DNA from: Laetmonice hystrix
Taxonomy: Eukaryota
Direction of reading: 5' to 3'
Length of the DNA stretch: 64,000 nt
NCBI GenBank assembly: GCA_965235115.1
Contig: OZ249443.1
Coordinates: 9,734,001 to 9,798,000 of the forward strand
A program made the position numbers and the translations under genes. Of the stretch, positions 13,701 through 28,700 are shown piece after piece (position 1 is the stretch's first letter; each line of letters starts with the position of its first letter). The notes under the pieces are model-generated. The model did not search any database. It worked only from the letters and a program-made list of their open reading frames with translations, and had not been told where the DNA came from.

Positions 13701-16700
13701 ACCAGTTGAGACAAATGGTCACTTAGTATGACAAGCTGTATCCGGTTTAGTGTCTGACCACCAGCCAAGGCCAGTAACATCACCTCTGTCAATAACTGAT
13801 GGTCATTCAGGGGCCAGCAGGGGAGACCGGGTAGAGTTCTGTGGCAGGACATGATCGCGTTTATTTAGTCCAGACCTGCTGCGTATTGCCACGGTGTATC
13901 TCTTGAAGAACCTTCATATAGGCGGCCCCAGGATTTCTAGGGAGGGGGGTTGAATTCGACTTCAGGGAGGCACCTGTTCAGCACAGAGCTACCAGAAGAA
14001 AACTTACGAACAAATGGCCTATTGGCTGATTCGAACTATTATCAGTGCTTTCGTTCTTCACTTTAATTAACTCCCTGGGGGGTCACGTTTTGCACCAATG
14101 AATCTTGAAAATTTTAGGGGCACCGCTGGCCAAAGGGGGGGTCCTTTGATTCGTTAGAATTTACCCTCTCCTGATTGAGGGCCGGCAAAGAGTCATCCCT
14201 ATCCACTATGAATGCTGATTGATATATTCAAGATATATACGATGGAAAACGAGGAAGAATTGGTAGATTCACGACTTATCGCCAACTATAGAAGCGGTCA
14301 AGTCATGACGAAAACCAAGTTGGATTGTAAAGAGGGGGATTAAGGAAGCCGTTAGAGCTGGCGTTTCTACTTGGTGATGTTAGCAAACAACTGTACAAAG
14401 CCAACAAGTATATATCATTGAACCCCTTTACCAGATCAACAGGTGCAGTGCAACACCTTCTTCTAAAAATATCATGATCAATAGAGTGGTATTTTTGGAA
14501 GAATTCTGTACTAAGAATAACATCATATTTCTAACAGCTCCAGTGAAAGGATGTTGTTTCTTGTCCCCTGCCCTGTCATCCGATAATCTGGTCGGATTTC
14601 CAACGGTTCTAACCCTTCTTCTTGAATTCTTACACCCCAACCCCCACAACAGAATAGGTAGGGTACTCTGTGCCCCCACCCCGACTTCGTACTTCAGTAC
14701 AGAGACCAACATCAATGGAAGTCTGAAGGAGGTGTTATGACGTCATTACATCTGTGTATACCTCACAGGTTTAGTGCACCTGCTTCACCTGTATCCGTGC
14801 AGTACGGGGTGAACTGGATGGAGTAGAGATACCACCTGCCTAACTGAATCTTAACGCCCTTAACACCACTCTCTCTTGTGTGCAGCAGTGTCTGTCCTTT
14901 GTGACGAGATGGATGTCGTGCTGTCATTGGGGGCATTTCTTCTCTGTTTATTTTCATGAGTAATCTCTTTTTCTGATCTAAAATAGAAATCCAGTTTATT
15001 TGTAGACAAGTTGCTGTTTTATGCCTTGTTATTTAAAAAAAATCGCTTTACCTTATCCAGACCTGTCTGTGTTATTTGTGGTTGACATTCTTTGTAAGTC
15101 ATCCCCAAATTTATATTTTCTTGTAAGCCTAGTGAATCCGAGCAATTACCGTATGTCACTGTTGTGTCGATCTGTATAGAGAGCCCCATGCGTTAGTTTT
15201 ATAGATCATTTCTGTTACCTGCTCTTGTTAATCCTACTGTTTTATGTGACCTTAATTAGGTGCCGTGATAGTTCACTGAAACGTTGTATAAACTGCGGCT
15301 ATGATTGGCAATTACAGGATCCGCTAATTGCTGTGTGATTCAGAACAGTCCCGGAGGGAGGAACCGATAACGGCAGCCGCGTCCATGTACTAATATTAAT
15401 CACACCACAGTGTTATCATGTCTACTAAAGTACAACACCAGGCACGTGTCCAGGATTGTCAAGCTTGCTGCTTAGGACATTTTTAAAAATTAGAAGCTGT
15501 GAGACGCGATTTCCCGCCATGTATGGGCCATTTTAGGGCATTATATGTTGTGGATTCATCGCTCAAAGGGTTCAAAACGGCGGGAATGCTTCGCACTTGC
15601 TCGTTCGACGTTATTCCGTTGACTCTAAGAGAGAACAATTCTGTTGGAGCGGGTGAGGGGGGGGGGGCGTCCGGACCCCTGGTCCCGGTTTCAGAAAGGG
15701 CCTAAGCAGCAAGCTTGAAGCTAAGCAGTGCTACGGTGGCCGCCGAGGACGACAGACACTGTATAACTTTCTACTTTGATTTTCATGGATATTTTCATGG
15801 TAGTGGAAATATCACCACGGTGACAATATTGCCACCACGGTTAAATTATTATCACTGTGAAAATATCGATGAAAATCAATCTAGAAAGTTAGAAACACTA
15901 AAGGTATGTGTGTACTTATGGGCTGCCGTAGCTGTGCTTAGCTTAAAGCATGCTGCTTAGAGCCTTTCTGAAACTGGGGCCTGGACCCCATGGACCCCAT
16001 GGACACTCGCCTGAACACGAGCCTTTTTTACATTTATGAATATAATTTTCATCCACGTTGATTTTTGTGGGTATGGTGGGTCGGACTAATTTTTGTGCCC
16101 TACGTTGCACTCAATTTAGCATAGTTCTTTGGTTGAGGGATACTTTAGCAGTTGCCTGTATCGACTTTTCATGTCTAAGTATAAGTGGGGAAGCGCCTGT
16201 GTTGGTATAGACAGTATGAGTGGGGTAATCAGGTTATACTTGAATCAATATTGGTCTAGTGGACAATGAATACATAGAGCCTGCTGACTGTGATCATCCA
16301 TTTAGACCACTCACACATGGATCACGTGGGACGGGCATTGATTGTCACACCAGCCAGTTAAAACTTGCGACACAATTGACGCCGAACCGCTCAGCACCGG
16401 CGCCATTAGCCAATCATAACGCCTGGCTCAACATGCAAGTTGCACTTTGAGACACAATAGCGAAGATGAGGTTTATGTTCTGCTGAATCCCAGGGAGTTT
16501 CTTTTTTCCTACATCGTGAATAAACATTTAAATTCGGCGGGTGTAGGGCCCAGTAGAGCGAACGGGATGGCCCGCCGGAGAATATTGGCCAATCAAGTCT
16601 ACATCCCTCGAATATGTGGCCAAGAATACAAATGATTACTTTTATGACATGAGCTACGGGTCATTGTCCGTATACACAGTCCTGTTTATAGGTGCGGGGT

Positions 16701-19700
16701 CATTGCTTAGCTTGTAGCTGATAACTTATTCGTTTTGTAGCCTTTTCAGTATGGAAGATAAAGGAAGATGTGATACGTCAAACGAGAGGAAACAGTGGAC
16801 CTTTGACGTTGTTGTCAGAGTACATCCATATTGGCATCGAGTACGATTTGATCGTAATTTGTACCAAAAGAACAGCATGTATTTGGAGATGGAGGAAGAA
16901 TTTAGTCAGACAGAACCTAACCCCCATTGGTCTATACACGGTTATAAGAGACCCGTCCAGTTTGAAGAGTTTAATGTAGGGTCATACCTCTAGCAGGAGT
17001 AGGGGGTGGTTCCACCTCCCAGTAATTATGAAAAAAAACTATTATAGCCCGGCCCTCAAAACCTCAGACTGCCCTCGGAGCAATCTTTGACTACGAATGG
17101 TCTGGCACTAGCTTACGTCTAGATTATACTTCTCCGCCGTTACCAACACCTTTGATACGAAGGAAGTCTGTATGAAGTCGCGTCAGATAGCATAAAAACA
17201 AGAGGGAAGGAAAAAAATATGAGAACAAAGTAAAAATGGGGGTCGAGGTGTTCAGCATTAGACGAGACTGGAATATTTATCCTGATTTGACTTCACAATT
17301 CGAGATGTTTGTGAGTCTGCTCAAGTATTGTGCACATGGAATATTTTATTCTGTTGAATACGACAGTAGAATGGAGTCCCGAGGTAATAGATAAAAACTC
17401 CGAGCCGTGGGGCCGTAGCTTTACAAGTCTCTGGCTTGCCGGTGGTCTGTGGTTGCATTAAGGTATTACGCGTCTTTTTATCGCCCAAATAGGGCTGTAA
17501 ATATTCCTGACTTGGGTACGTTTTCAAAGCCTCGGTCTATATTGATTTCCTTGCCGACACCCAGCGCTTGATCTGCAGGAGAGGATGATTGCCTCCAAAG
17601 GTCATTGGTAACTTAATCACAGAGAAGCTATTTAACCGACAGTGAGTGCATTAAAGTTGCTTGTAACATGTATTTGGAGGTTTTTACGTATAACATTGAC
17701 ATAGTCGGGGGAGAGTACATTATGTGGATCTTTTCGTCTTCCATATCAAACAGTGCATCAGGTCCTGTTCTTGTCTCGTAAATGTGACAAATCTTAAAAC
17801 GCAAATCATGTCTTAGGGCGTCTGATTGAGTGGTCAAGTAAAGCTGGTAGGATGCACTGCTTCGATAGCAGTCTGATTGGGTGGTCAAGTAAAGCTGGTA
17901 GGATGCACTACTTCGATAGCAGCCTGATTGAGTGGTCAAGTAAAGCTGGTAGGATGCACTGCTTCGATAGCAGTCTGATTGAGTGGTCAAGTAAAGCTGG
18001 TGTGATGCACTGCTTCGATAGCAGTCTGATTGAGTGGTCAAGTAAAGCTGGTATAGGATGCACTGCTTCGATAGCAGTCTGATTGAGTGGTCAAGTAAAG
18101 CTGGTGTGATGCACTACTTCGATAGCAGTCTGATTGGCTGGTCAAGTAAAGCTGGTAGGATGCATTGCTTCGATAGCAGTCTGATTGGCTGGTCAAGTAA
18201 AGCTGGTAGGATGCACTGCTTCGATAGCAGTCTGATTGAGTGGTCAAGTAAAGCTGGTGTGATGCACTGCTTCGATAGCAGTCTTTAGTACACTGGTGTA
18301 ACACTTTCAAGTCCCCCCCCCCCCATTTAACGTACCCCCACCCCCACCCAGTAATTTGAAACTAGCTTTAAGTTACCCCCCCCCCCCGTTTCAAATGACC
18401 CCTCCCTTTTCTTTAATAATCCTACAGGAAGCTTTAGTGCTTGCATAAAATTAATGATGTTATTACTAATCATTTTTGTGAAATCCCTTGTAATTTTCAG
18501 AGATTATATTAAACAATTGAGGGGCTGCTAAGAAAACGTTCATTCCTCCGCCTACAATTATAATTCGTTAGGGTTTGTTAGGGGGTAATCTGAAAATGGA
18601 GGGGGTACTTTGAAGTTAACTTCAGATTACCCCCGGGGGTACGTTAAAACTAACATCAACGTACCGGGGGTATAGTGAATGAAGGGGGGGGGGGGTACAT
18701 TTAAATTGGTACACCGGTAGCTCGTTAAGGACTGCTCGTTGTTTGATGTATAAACGCCTCATTTTTGAATTATGAAATAACCCGAGCGACCTTTAATCCT
18801 GATTGTTCATTATATCAGCGTGAAATGTCTCCATTCCAGTTGAGCACCAGGGTGACCTATTGTTGTTGGTGACATTTATCTGAACATGACACTGGGTACA
18901 CGTTGATCCTACAAAGAGTATACTCGTCATTGGCATTGACAATCATACCTTGGATAGAGCGGTTACAATAAACCATAATGTATTGACAGCCTCCTGTACT
19001 GGTTTACCGACTCGACCCTGGCCCACCTGTATTCTACACCCTGTCCCTGGTTGTTATTAAGTTTACCGTTGGACACTACAAGTTGAGGGTTATCAAATTA
19101 CTTCCCACAAGGCTTTAGAAAATGGCAATGCCGGATTCAGGTTGAATCGGATTTACAACCAATTCATCAAGCGGCGGCAATGGTCATTTCTCGAAACCAG
19201 ACCTTCAGGAGAATTCTTTTGAGAGGGCGGAATCAAGTTATCCTTTGAACCATCAAGCAGACAAGCTCCAAGTGCCTGCTAAGAAGAAAAGGAGAGACAG
19301 TGGGACTTTAGAATTCTGTTGATGAGTGTTATTTGCTCAGTTTCTGGCGTTTTTCAGTTCAGTTGTATTGAATCTTAAAGAGTCGTATTAGCATTAAAAT
19401 ACACAACACTTCCTCATCCCGCATTGAAAAACGGCTGCGATCTGAATCTGAATAAGGAGAAATCTATTCATGTAGAAGTTCGTCACAAATATTGCTAGGA
19501 TCCTTGTGACTGATGGAACTCTTCGTTGTATAACTGACAACTATAATTAGGCCTAATAACTATCTCGATATTTCATAAGGGGACCCGCCTAAAAAGATGT
19601 TTAGTCTCGCTACGATCGGCCTGATTTGATTCTGATTAATGCATCGTCATCAGAAACAAAACCACAAAGAGGAAAGTCTAAGGGGACCAGGGAGCCCCGC

Positions 19701-22700
19701 TCCCAGGATCTCCCACTACGTCTAGGGTGGTAAGTAAATGCAATGTACTAAGTAGCAGCATACTCATGGCAGGATTATTTTGTTTCTTTAGTAGAGACTT
19801 CGTCTGTGTTGAATAATGTTTTTCAATTATACGTGCTGCTATTTGAAAAGGTGAAACATTATCACATATTACGGTTGTTATGGTAGTAAAATCCAATATT
19901 GTATGCATTTACAGACCACTTTATTAGAGAAAACAAAATCAGGAATCCCGAAATAACAATGTTTATCTGTAAATCCCAAATCTCTGTCCCCTCCCTAACC
20001 ATGTAGCAATTAGTAGATTAGACGGTACAAGTAAGGGAACGGACGAATAGGGTGATGCATGAGTGATTTGATATCATATATTCCGACGCGCGTGGGCGAT
20101 AATATGTGTAATGACCAGAACGAATTGGACTCGCACCGTGTGCAGGTCTACAATTTTCACGCACCATATTATAGGCTGGGAAGGTGGTTTGTTCCTAGTT
20201 CAAATGTATGGAATTACAGCTCTCAACCTGGAGGAGAACCTGGACACAAGGTACAGTCTGTGCTGATATATATAATCAGTTGTGTGCGCTCCAGTACATG
20301 TTTACCAGACACTACAGCCGGCAACATCGTCTCTGCTGGCTGGCCACACGTCCTGCGCTTGAGTATTGATGTAATAATTATAGGCCTGCTAACTCTTCTT
20401 CCCCTCTTTGTTTCTTTTTTATTTCTTTTCCTTTACTTTTGTTTTGTTGCAACCGGCTTATGTTTCCTACAGCTATCGCTGCTTTCTTTTCTTTTCTTTT
20501 TGTCAGAGTGTTGGTATCATTGTTGTACCACCGTTTGAAGAACAACACTCTTGACGGTGGGGACGTGACAGTTCTCAGTGTGTCACATTCGTCAGGGCCA
20601 CCCACAGCCTCCGTTCGTGACAGCGGCCAGCCAGGTTCCAACTGTTAAGGACTCGCCTGGCAGCCGCCGACATCAAAGGCCATCTTTCTGTGGTAGCCGG
20701 TTTCTATGAGCCATCAGAGTAGACCGAGCTGCATGCTGATTGGGCCAGCAAGGCGCGGAGCAGTGCGCATGAGTGATGACCCCACTCAGACCAGGCGGCC
20801 GTGCTTTCCTTGCTGCCATGTCTACAGCCTCGAGCACTTAGATCTCGAGGAAGCTCAGTAAAGCCAGCGCTGCTTACGGGTCCTAAGTGATGTCGAGGTC
20901 TCGGTAGTACACGAGACTTGTCACAAGGTGTAAATCTCTCCCTCATCTCTCCTACGCCTTCCGCATTAATATTCCCGCAAAAAGAGGGACATCCACATTC
21001 AGCATTACTTTATCAATTCCCTGCGAGATGTCAAATCCATCTACTCAACAGCACTGCATAATTTGGCTAGTTCCACAAGAAGATTCACGACAACGAATTT
21101 TGCATTTGACTTTGTCTTGGATGAGATGCGGAAGTGGGAAATCAGTTGCGGGATCTTTATAAAAACGCTTGTATACAACATTGACGTTTTGGCACATTAT
21201 TAGACCCATCATCATATTTTTACTATGTAATATATTCTTAATTTTGTTAATTATGAAACCTTTATTTGATCATGTAAACTGTTGAATTGATGAAATTTTG
21301 GCCAAAGTATATTGGCACCCTCCCCCACCCCCACCCCCACCCCCACCCCCACCCCACCGCACCACCGCCGTTCAAATCTCGCCTGTGTCCGGTGTGTAGC
21401 TATATACCGTTGGCATAGAACGTTCAGATGTAGCCACATAATGAATGATTCAGACTGAAACATACAGCTCGCTTTGTGTTGGGGGTGATGTAAGGTATGC
21501 ATGCGGGGAAGATAAAGGATGGAATGACGGGTCAGCCCCGGCCGGTCGCCTCGCTATTAGGAGATCCACGTGTGGCTTTTATAGGTACATGATGGCTGAA
21601 GCCTTCAATCCCCCGTGTTGGGACCCGCCAGGGACAGACAGATGGGTTGACATGAATTATAAAACAGGTAGATAGGTACAAATACGGATAGGGACAGGGC
21701 ACATTCGTGGCAGATGTTTGGTTTTGATCTTGATATTTAGAAACGCCACATCAGTGGATAGTATTGTTTGAATGGATATACAGATAAATCGGAGATGATT
21801 TTCTGAACAATGACTCGGGTGAAGATGCATGGCGTGTATAATTGCCGATTTGCCGGTAACTTATAATACCATACGTTTCATTGGAAACTTACTATTAGAG
21901 GTTCATGTATTATAAGTGAGTATAGGGCAAACACGAGAAACATCCTTAGTTAGGTATCAGTACTACTATTGGTGAAAACAACGAATGGAGTGTCTGGTTA
22001 CTCTAAAACGTGACTGAGGCAGTCGAATCCCTGGAAACTAATTGTTTAGGTTGGGCCACATAAAATAACATGTTTAACGTCCACCTCTTCCAATTTTCCG
22101 AGGTCGGGCAGGAGTTGTTTTTATGAATGGAGTGGCGGGGTGGCTGCAGGAAAAAGACATCTATAGTTTTCATGGTCAGAAGGCAAGTTAGGAAGGTACA
22201 GAAAACTATAGAAACTTTCAAGCTAGAAATTGTTGTTTTGGCCGTTTATCCACTTTATTCTAGGGGTTCTTTGAAAATTAAAAAAAAAAATCCAGGTCGG
22301 GGACATTTCGCAGGTCGGGCGAGGCCGCTAATCAAGATTTGTATTATAAGTGTGGCCTTGTCAGAGCACTATTATTGTAGAGAAACTATTTGAGCCTCGT
22401 CTCATACCATATATTATCAGGTGGTCAGCAGGCAACTGTTAACGTAAGACTTATCTGTAACGGTCATCTAACGAGATACCACCAATATGACCCATTATCA
22501 AAATCGTATGAGCTTTCAAACTGATTCCAATCACGGAGGCCGAGTTGTGTATTGGGAATCCGATGGAAGCGCTTTCATTAATGACGTGGCTTACCAAACA
22601 AAAGGTGGATTACCAATCGAAACCACTTCAAGTGGCTACCCGCTAGGTTCGCAGTTGATTATGGTCTGTTCCCTTAGAAACTTGGCTTCGAAAGGGGGAA

Positions 22701-25700
22701 TCCGTTGCTATTCGATTAGTTTCTATGGAGCTCTCCTGATGGGAAGGACAGGGAACACAGCAGTGTGCTGGGTGCTAATCTCTTCCAGATGTCCACGATA
22801 GACCACATCTGTTTGGGATTCTATTAGAGACTAAATATTTACTTTACACGGCAAGAATGGGAATTGGCGAGGCTGGTGGTTTGATGAGGAGGACGACTGT
22901 GGGAGATTTGTACCATGGTGACCGATCAATGCCTGATGAGGTGTCGTGGTCGTCGTTGTCACGGGGGGGGGGGGGGGTGCCACTCAGGATGGCTCACGTC
23001 ACATCACAGTCACACATTAACTGACGTTGTTCCTATAACTGATAGCGTATAAGTGACCTAGAAGTAAACCCCATGAATTAACGCTGATGTTCATGTTGTC
23101 ATTGGGTATATGGTTACCACAGTTGAGTCGTAAACGTATTTTTTTCTGCTGCGATTGAAGACAAATACCAATCTACATACATGTACACAAACATGCAACG
23201 TAACATTTCCAGTTAGGAACCTTAGTCGCGGTGAGATCTAAAATTCCCTGAAATCTATTATCTTCAATTATAAATTAAACTTGCGATACATTTTGTGTTG
23301 TGCTAATCGCTTTGTGAATCATCTCATATTGCAGTTCAGGTCGTAACGGCTAGGGGTTGGCCAGGGCTTAGTTGTAATAAAAGTTAGACAAACGCTCAGG
23401 CCATCATTGGGTACTACAGTGGCGTTACAGTGTGATGAAATATCAGTCAGAAAGATTTATGAGTGCAGTGTAACTGAAATCTAAAACTCTGTGAGACTGG
23501 AGGCAACTACATACGATTTATCTAAATTGATGGAAACAGCAAATGGTGAGTTTCATGTTTCGTCGGACTATGGTAAAAATTGCTTGAAGCCATTTCTCTG
23601 GCGTATTCAGTGGGAATCAAAATACTTTATGTAATCACAGTCGTAGTTCACCCCAGAACGTTTGTCATCTACAAGAAATTGGATATTTATGTGTAGCAGT
23701 GCTATTTCGACAGGACATACCTTCCGGTATATGATGGAAATATTTAATATTGTAGCAGGAGTTGGAAGAGTGGTTATTTATAAATCAGAATCTATTCCCT
23801 CCGGTGAATTTAGAATGCAAATACGAGCTGGCATATGAAAAAAGGTAGGCTGATGTAAAATCGGCGTCTCGTGCAAGATGTATGACCACAATTTCAGCTC
23901 AGCAATCAAGAATATTTCCCTTGCTGACACTCGGCTGATCCAGTGGCGCCATTCGTATTGTCCCATTCACACAGCGGCCCATGCCGACACTCGGCTGATC
24001 CAGTGGCGCCATTCGTATTGTCCCATTCACACAGCGGCCCATGCCGACACTGGCTGATCCAGTGGCGCCATTCGTATTGTCCCATTCACACAGCGGCCCA
24101 TGCCGACACTCGGCTGATCCAGTGGCGCCATTCGTATTGTCCCATTCACACAGCGGCCCATGCCGACACTGGCTGATCCAGTGGCGCCATTCGTATTGTC
24201 CCATTCACACCGCGGCCCATACCGACACTCGGCTGATCCAGTGGCGCCATTCGTATTGTCCCATTCACACAGCGGCCCATGCCGACACTGGCTAATCCAG
24301 TGGCGCCATTCGTATTGTCCCATTCACACAGCGGCCCATGCCGACACTGGCTGATCCAGTGGCGCCATTCGTATTGTCCTATTCACACAGCGGCCCATGC
24401 CGACACTGGCTGATCCAGTGGCGCCATTCGTATTGTCCTATTCACACAGCGGCCCATGCCGACACTGGCTAATCCAGTGGCGCCATTCGTATTGTCCCAT
24501 TCACACAGCGGCCCATGCCGACACTGGCTGATCCAGTGGCGCCATTCGTATTGTCCTATTCACACAGCGGCCCATGCCGACACTGGCTAATCCAGTGACG
24601 CTATTCGTATTGTTCCATTCACACAGCGGCCAATACCGACACTGGCGTTTTTTATTTTTTTTATAACACTATTTGCAATGTGACGATTCACACATAGACC
24701 GATACCGACACCAGCGCGCTGTCAGTGCGCCGTCTCAGCCACCACCGCTTTGCAGCGGATTGCAGGATCGGTATCGGTGCAGGATTCGCATTGCCATCGA
24801 CGTCGGTGTCGGCATCGGCCGCTGTGTGAATGCGGCATAATTCCTGGTGGTGGTCGGCTAAGAATTTGAAGACAAATTCTGTAATGAGGGATGACGGATC
24901 CAGCCTTTGCTTGCCGTCGTAGGGTCAGCTTGCTAGAATCGTTATAGGCAGGGGACATCAACGCCGCAGTTTCGTTCATATTTTATACTTGCGTGATGAT
25001 GCCTCATTACGTACCTGCTAACATATCACAGGCGAGGAGATGCATCCTATCCTTCCACTGGTCCACAGGACGACGGGAAGGCCTCTGCTGGTTAGCATCC
25101 GCCACGGTTAGTTTGCGCCTTGTGCCAGGTATAGTTAACCATCAATTGATCAATACAATATTTGAAGTATTATAATATTGTGGACAATGTTGTGACGCTG
25201 GTGAGGGTCGGACGTTAAATATCAAATACGCCAGCGGTATAAATTCACACAAATTTAACTTGTTTTACGTCAAAACAAAAATGGTTTCCCAGCTTGATGA
25301 TTAATGAACTACAATCAAATCTGCCGTCTCGCGTTCAAGTTGATTAATGTTTTCCTTTGCAAAATAATTAGGTTGCCAGATTGTGGGGACTCTTGTTCAT
25401 TATTCCTGGTTTTTGATCGGCCAAAACATCGCCAGATTTGTCACGTTTTATGGAAGGAATAAGAAACATGCGTTACCTTGACCTGCTTCTTTTAAAATCC
25501 CCTGATTTACCAGATAATTGGAATCAAGGCAACTGTCTAATATGATCATTTCCTTTACACGCAGAAATTGGTTTGATTTGTGGTTGATGGGGTGGGAGCG
25601 GGGGTAAAATCGTCGACCTGGAGTACATAGGTGAAGTTAAACGAGGTTTATTGACAGCCTAAGGAGATTTCTCTCACGAGGTATTCTCGTATTCCATGGT

Positions 25701-28700
25701 GGCACAAAGACAGCGGGCGAGGGTGGTGACGTGGGAATATTTCCTAGCCCCGGGGTGTTGAGATGAGGATATATTGCGTGGTGTCGGGTAATGGCGATTG
25801 TTTTAGGTTAGAGACGGAGGTGGTAGCATGCTTGGCACGTGCCCGTGACAATAGAAGGTCGTGTGGCAGATGTGACGCCTGCTGCGAGTTTGCTCAGGAA
25901 ATGGCTGCATGGGGCGGCATCGGTTGACGCGTCAATGTCGCCACTACACTTGGTATAATCCGACTACCTGGTGAAACATGTACAAAGGCAGCCATCATAC
26001 CGATCATACCGCTACTGTACTGGCAATTCTTTCATTCTGATCCAGTTCCTTTTATTTTGTCTTTGGTGTGGAGAATAACACCTTTTGAAGTAGTTTCCAT
26101 GTTATTTCTGTTCGCTTCAAGTTCCGCTGTAGTGAGATTGAGTTTAAGAAGAGGAATTAATGCAAGGACTTGGTGATTTAAAATCAATTAGCTGTTGCCT
26201 AAGTGGCTGTTGTCGTATTTGTATTTGTGCATTAAATGGGAATTTCGTATTAAACACTGGCAATAAAAGGAATTGATCGTGGATATAGTGAAAATAGCAC
26301 TAAGAATTGAAGGTTTCATCTGTCTTTAATTATTACCGGTAAATCTGGAAAAATATACGCCTTGATGATGGTGAAAAACGCGTTGATAATGGTATAATAC
26401 GCCTTGATAATGATGTAATGGTGGTTGCTTGGTTTCATCCTACGGTATCCTTAATCTGGGCATGGTAGTAGGTAGAGCCTGCCATCAGCCAGAGAGCTCT
26501 GTGGCTTGGATTCACGCTACATTGTAAATAGAGGCGGATATGTTTGGGATGCAGTACAAACTCTTGTATGAGAACGGCCGCTGTGGAGAAAACGTCCTAA
26601 AAGAAACGTTAGAAAATTCGAGAATGATAGGTAGGTTGGGAAATTAGATTTGATCTATGTGCTTGTGCGTAGGGGGAAATTTGACTATTTACCGCTCATA
26701 TATTCATGCGCGACTGCTTCAGAAGACTTTGCGCAAATCTTAGGGAAATGGCGGCTTCATACATCCGAGGCCTGGGGGCAACAAGCAACCAATCAGCTAT
26801 CTGCTTTCATTCACGCTGCGGCCTGATTGGTTCCAGTGCCTATCTGTGATTGGTTCAAAATGATGTCACTGATTACAATTAAATATAGCATTACTCGCTC
26901 CTTGAATCAGCGTCACCACGGCAGTTTGAAGTTGACGCTGACCGCAGCGTGGTCTTGCGTGTGCTTTGTGAATAAGGNNNNNNNNNNNNNNNNNNNNNNN
27001 NNNNNNNNNNNNNNNNNNNNNNNNNNNNNNNNNNNNNNNNNNNNNNNNNNNNNNNNNNNNNNNNNNNNNNNNNNNNNNNNNNNNNNNNNNNNNNNNNNNN
27101 NNNNNNNNNNNNNNTTTCTATACCTATTTTCACAGCTATTGGGGGGATGTCTGGCATAAAGGGCTTCTAGAAGGGTGGAATACAACAACACTGATTTTGT
27201 CACTTTGTGCGTCAGCAGGCGATCCTATCACGACTCAACCACCTCACTGCGCCGTGCTCTGCCGTGATATGGCTGTCCACGTGCAAAAGCTTCAGTCAAA
27301 GAAATTTTCACTACTGAACCTGATGTCGTAAATCTACCAAAAAAAGAAAACATGTTTTTACGATTCAAGCAGTTTTACTTTAAGTGGCCCATTATTAATG
27401 TTTCATTGTAAGATGTCTTGAGGCAGTTGTCGGAATAGCTATATGCATGACACCAACATAAATTTATTGCAAAGATTTCCAATGGTCATATAATAGGTGA
27501 GTGCCAGTAGTCGTTTCCTTTTGTTAGTCTTGTTGCCATGCCGACTTCTGCTCACTTTAACATGACCCTTGACCTTTGAGACTGTCACAGTCAAGAACTG
27601 GGTCAGAGGAACGTCATTGGTTGATTGGAGACCCTCCTTTCTGACGTTTCCTGCATTCCCATGCATTCATGCGTCAAACCATTATTGGGGAAAGATTGAG
27701 CATTGATCTAAAAGGTAAGTAGACCAGAAACGCCAGAGATGAATTGGGCAAATAGATAATGTAAGATAACTATCACCCCTACTCCCAACCATGCACAGTC
27801 TATTCATGCGAAATCAGGCTATACTATGCATTTTTCTTTCTCTTTTTCCCCCCTGTATAATAAAGTCACTTTCTTAACTGAAAATAAGTCCGTAAGGCCT
27901 GGAAACCTTGTTGACGTTAGGCAAAGCTGGAGGAATATAACTCCTGCCGATGTTGCATTTATACTGAAACCGCAATCGTTAATTTTCTCAGGAGTTTTTT
28001 TTCTTGGTAATAGTCATCAAGCTTGTGAATCATTTAGTGAAGAATGACAGTCAGCAGTGAGCTATTTGCCGCCGAGTGACAGTCGACTTTCACAAAAGGA
28101 ATCACTGAAGTCGCCTCAAAAGCCTGCGGCCTTTTTTCATAGAACCTGACACTGTGTGTCTGATCTTTGAAAGACCCGTTTCGATTGGCTCGTTTTGCAC
28201 GGCGCAAAACAACCCCCAAGTGGAACCATATTGGAAACTTTCTAACTCACGTATCGATCATTTGGCATGTTTTGTTTCAATAGGTACTTGGTTTATTCCT
28301 CTCCCCTTGCGAGCGAAAGGTTTAGCGAATGACTACACAGGATCTCTATGTGTGTGCATTTAAAACCTATTATGTTTTTTCCAAGTTTTATTTCACTTGA
28401 AGAATGGAAATAATAGCTTCCGCTGTTTCAGTGTAAACCTGTCCCTTTGAATGTTTCCATCCCGAAATGTTTCATGTCCCTATGGCCCCAGGCTTTCACT
28501 TTCCCGTCATTTTAATGTAGAAACATTTGGCCCAGCATTGGCGCCAAAATCGTTGGTCTTCTGCCACGCGGCCGTAAACCAAGAAAAAGGTGTGTGTGGC
28601 AGATTTCCATTTTAAAAGTCAACAAAATTGCTAGATTTATGAGTGAAAGTCATTTTCGGGCCTGTCCATACACAATTTATCCTACAGATTTATTACCTGG

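Noticed and set aside
14400-14830. Possible Ty3/gypsy protease remnant on the minus strand (KYDVILSTEFFQKYHSID)
   Set aside because: There is only a short motif resemblance amid many stops; no RT, integrase or LTRs were found.
16751-16993. 80-aa ORF behind a plausible acceptor as an extra Syt exon
   Set aside because: There is no compatible donor or phase, and no synaptotagmin similarity.
17628-24354. Repeat ORFs in the 51-bp and 59/60-bp arrays, and these arrays as CRISPR
   Set aside because: The units are head-to-tail with no unique spacers, there are no cas genes, and the context is eukaryotic.
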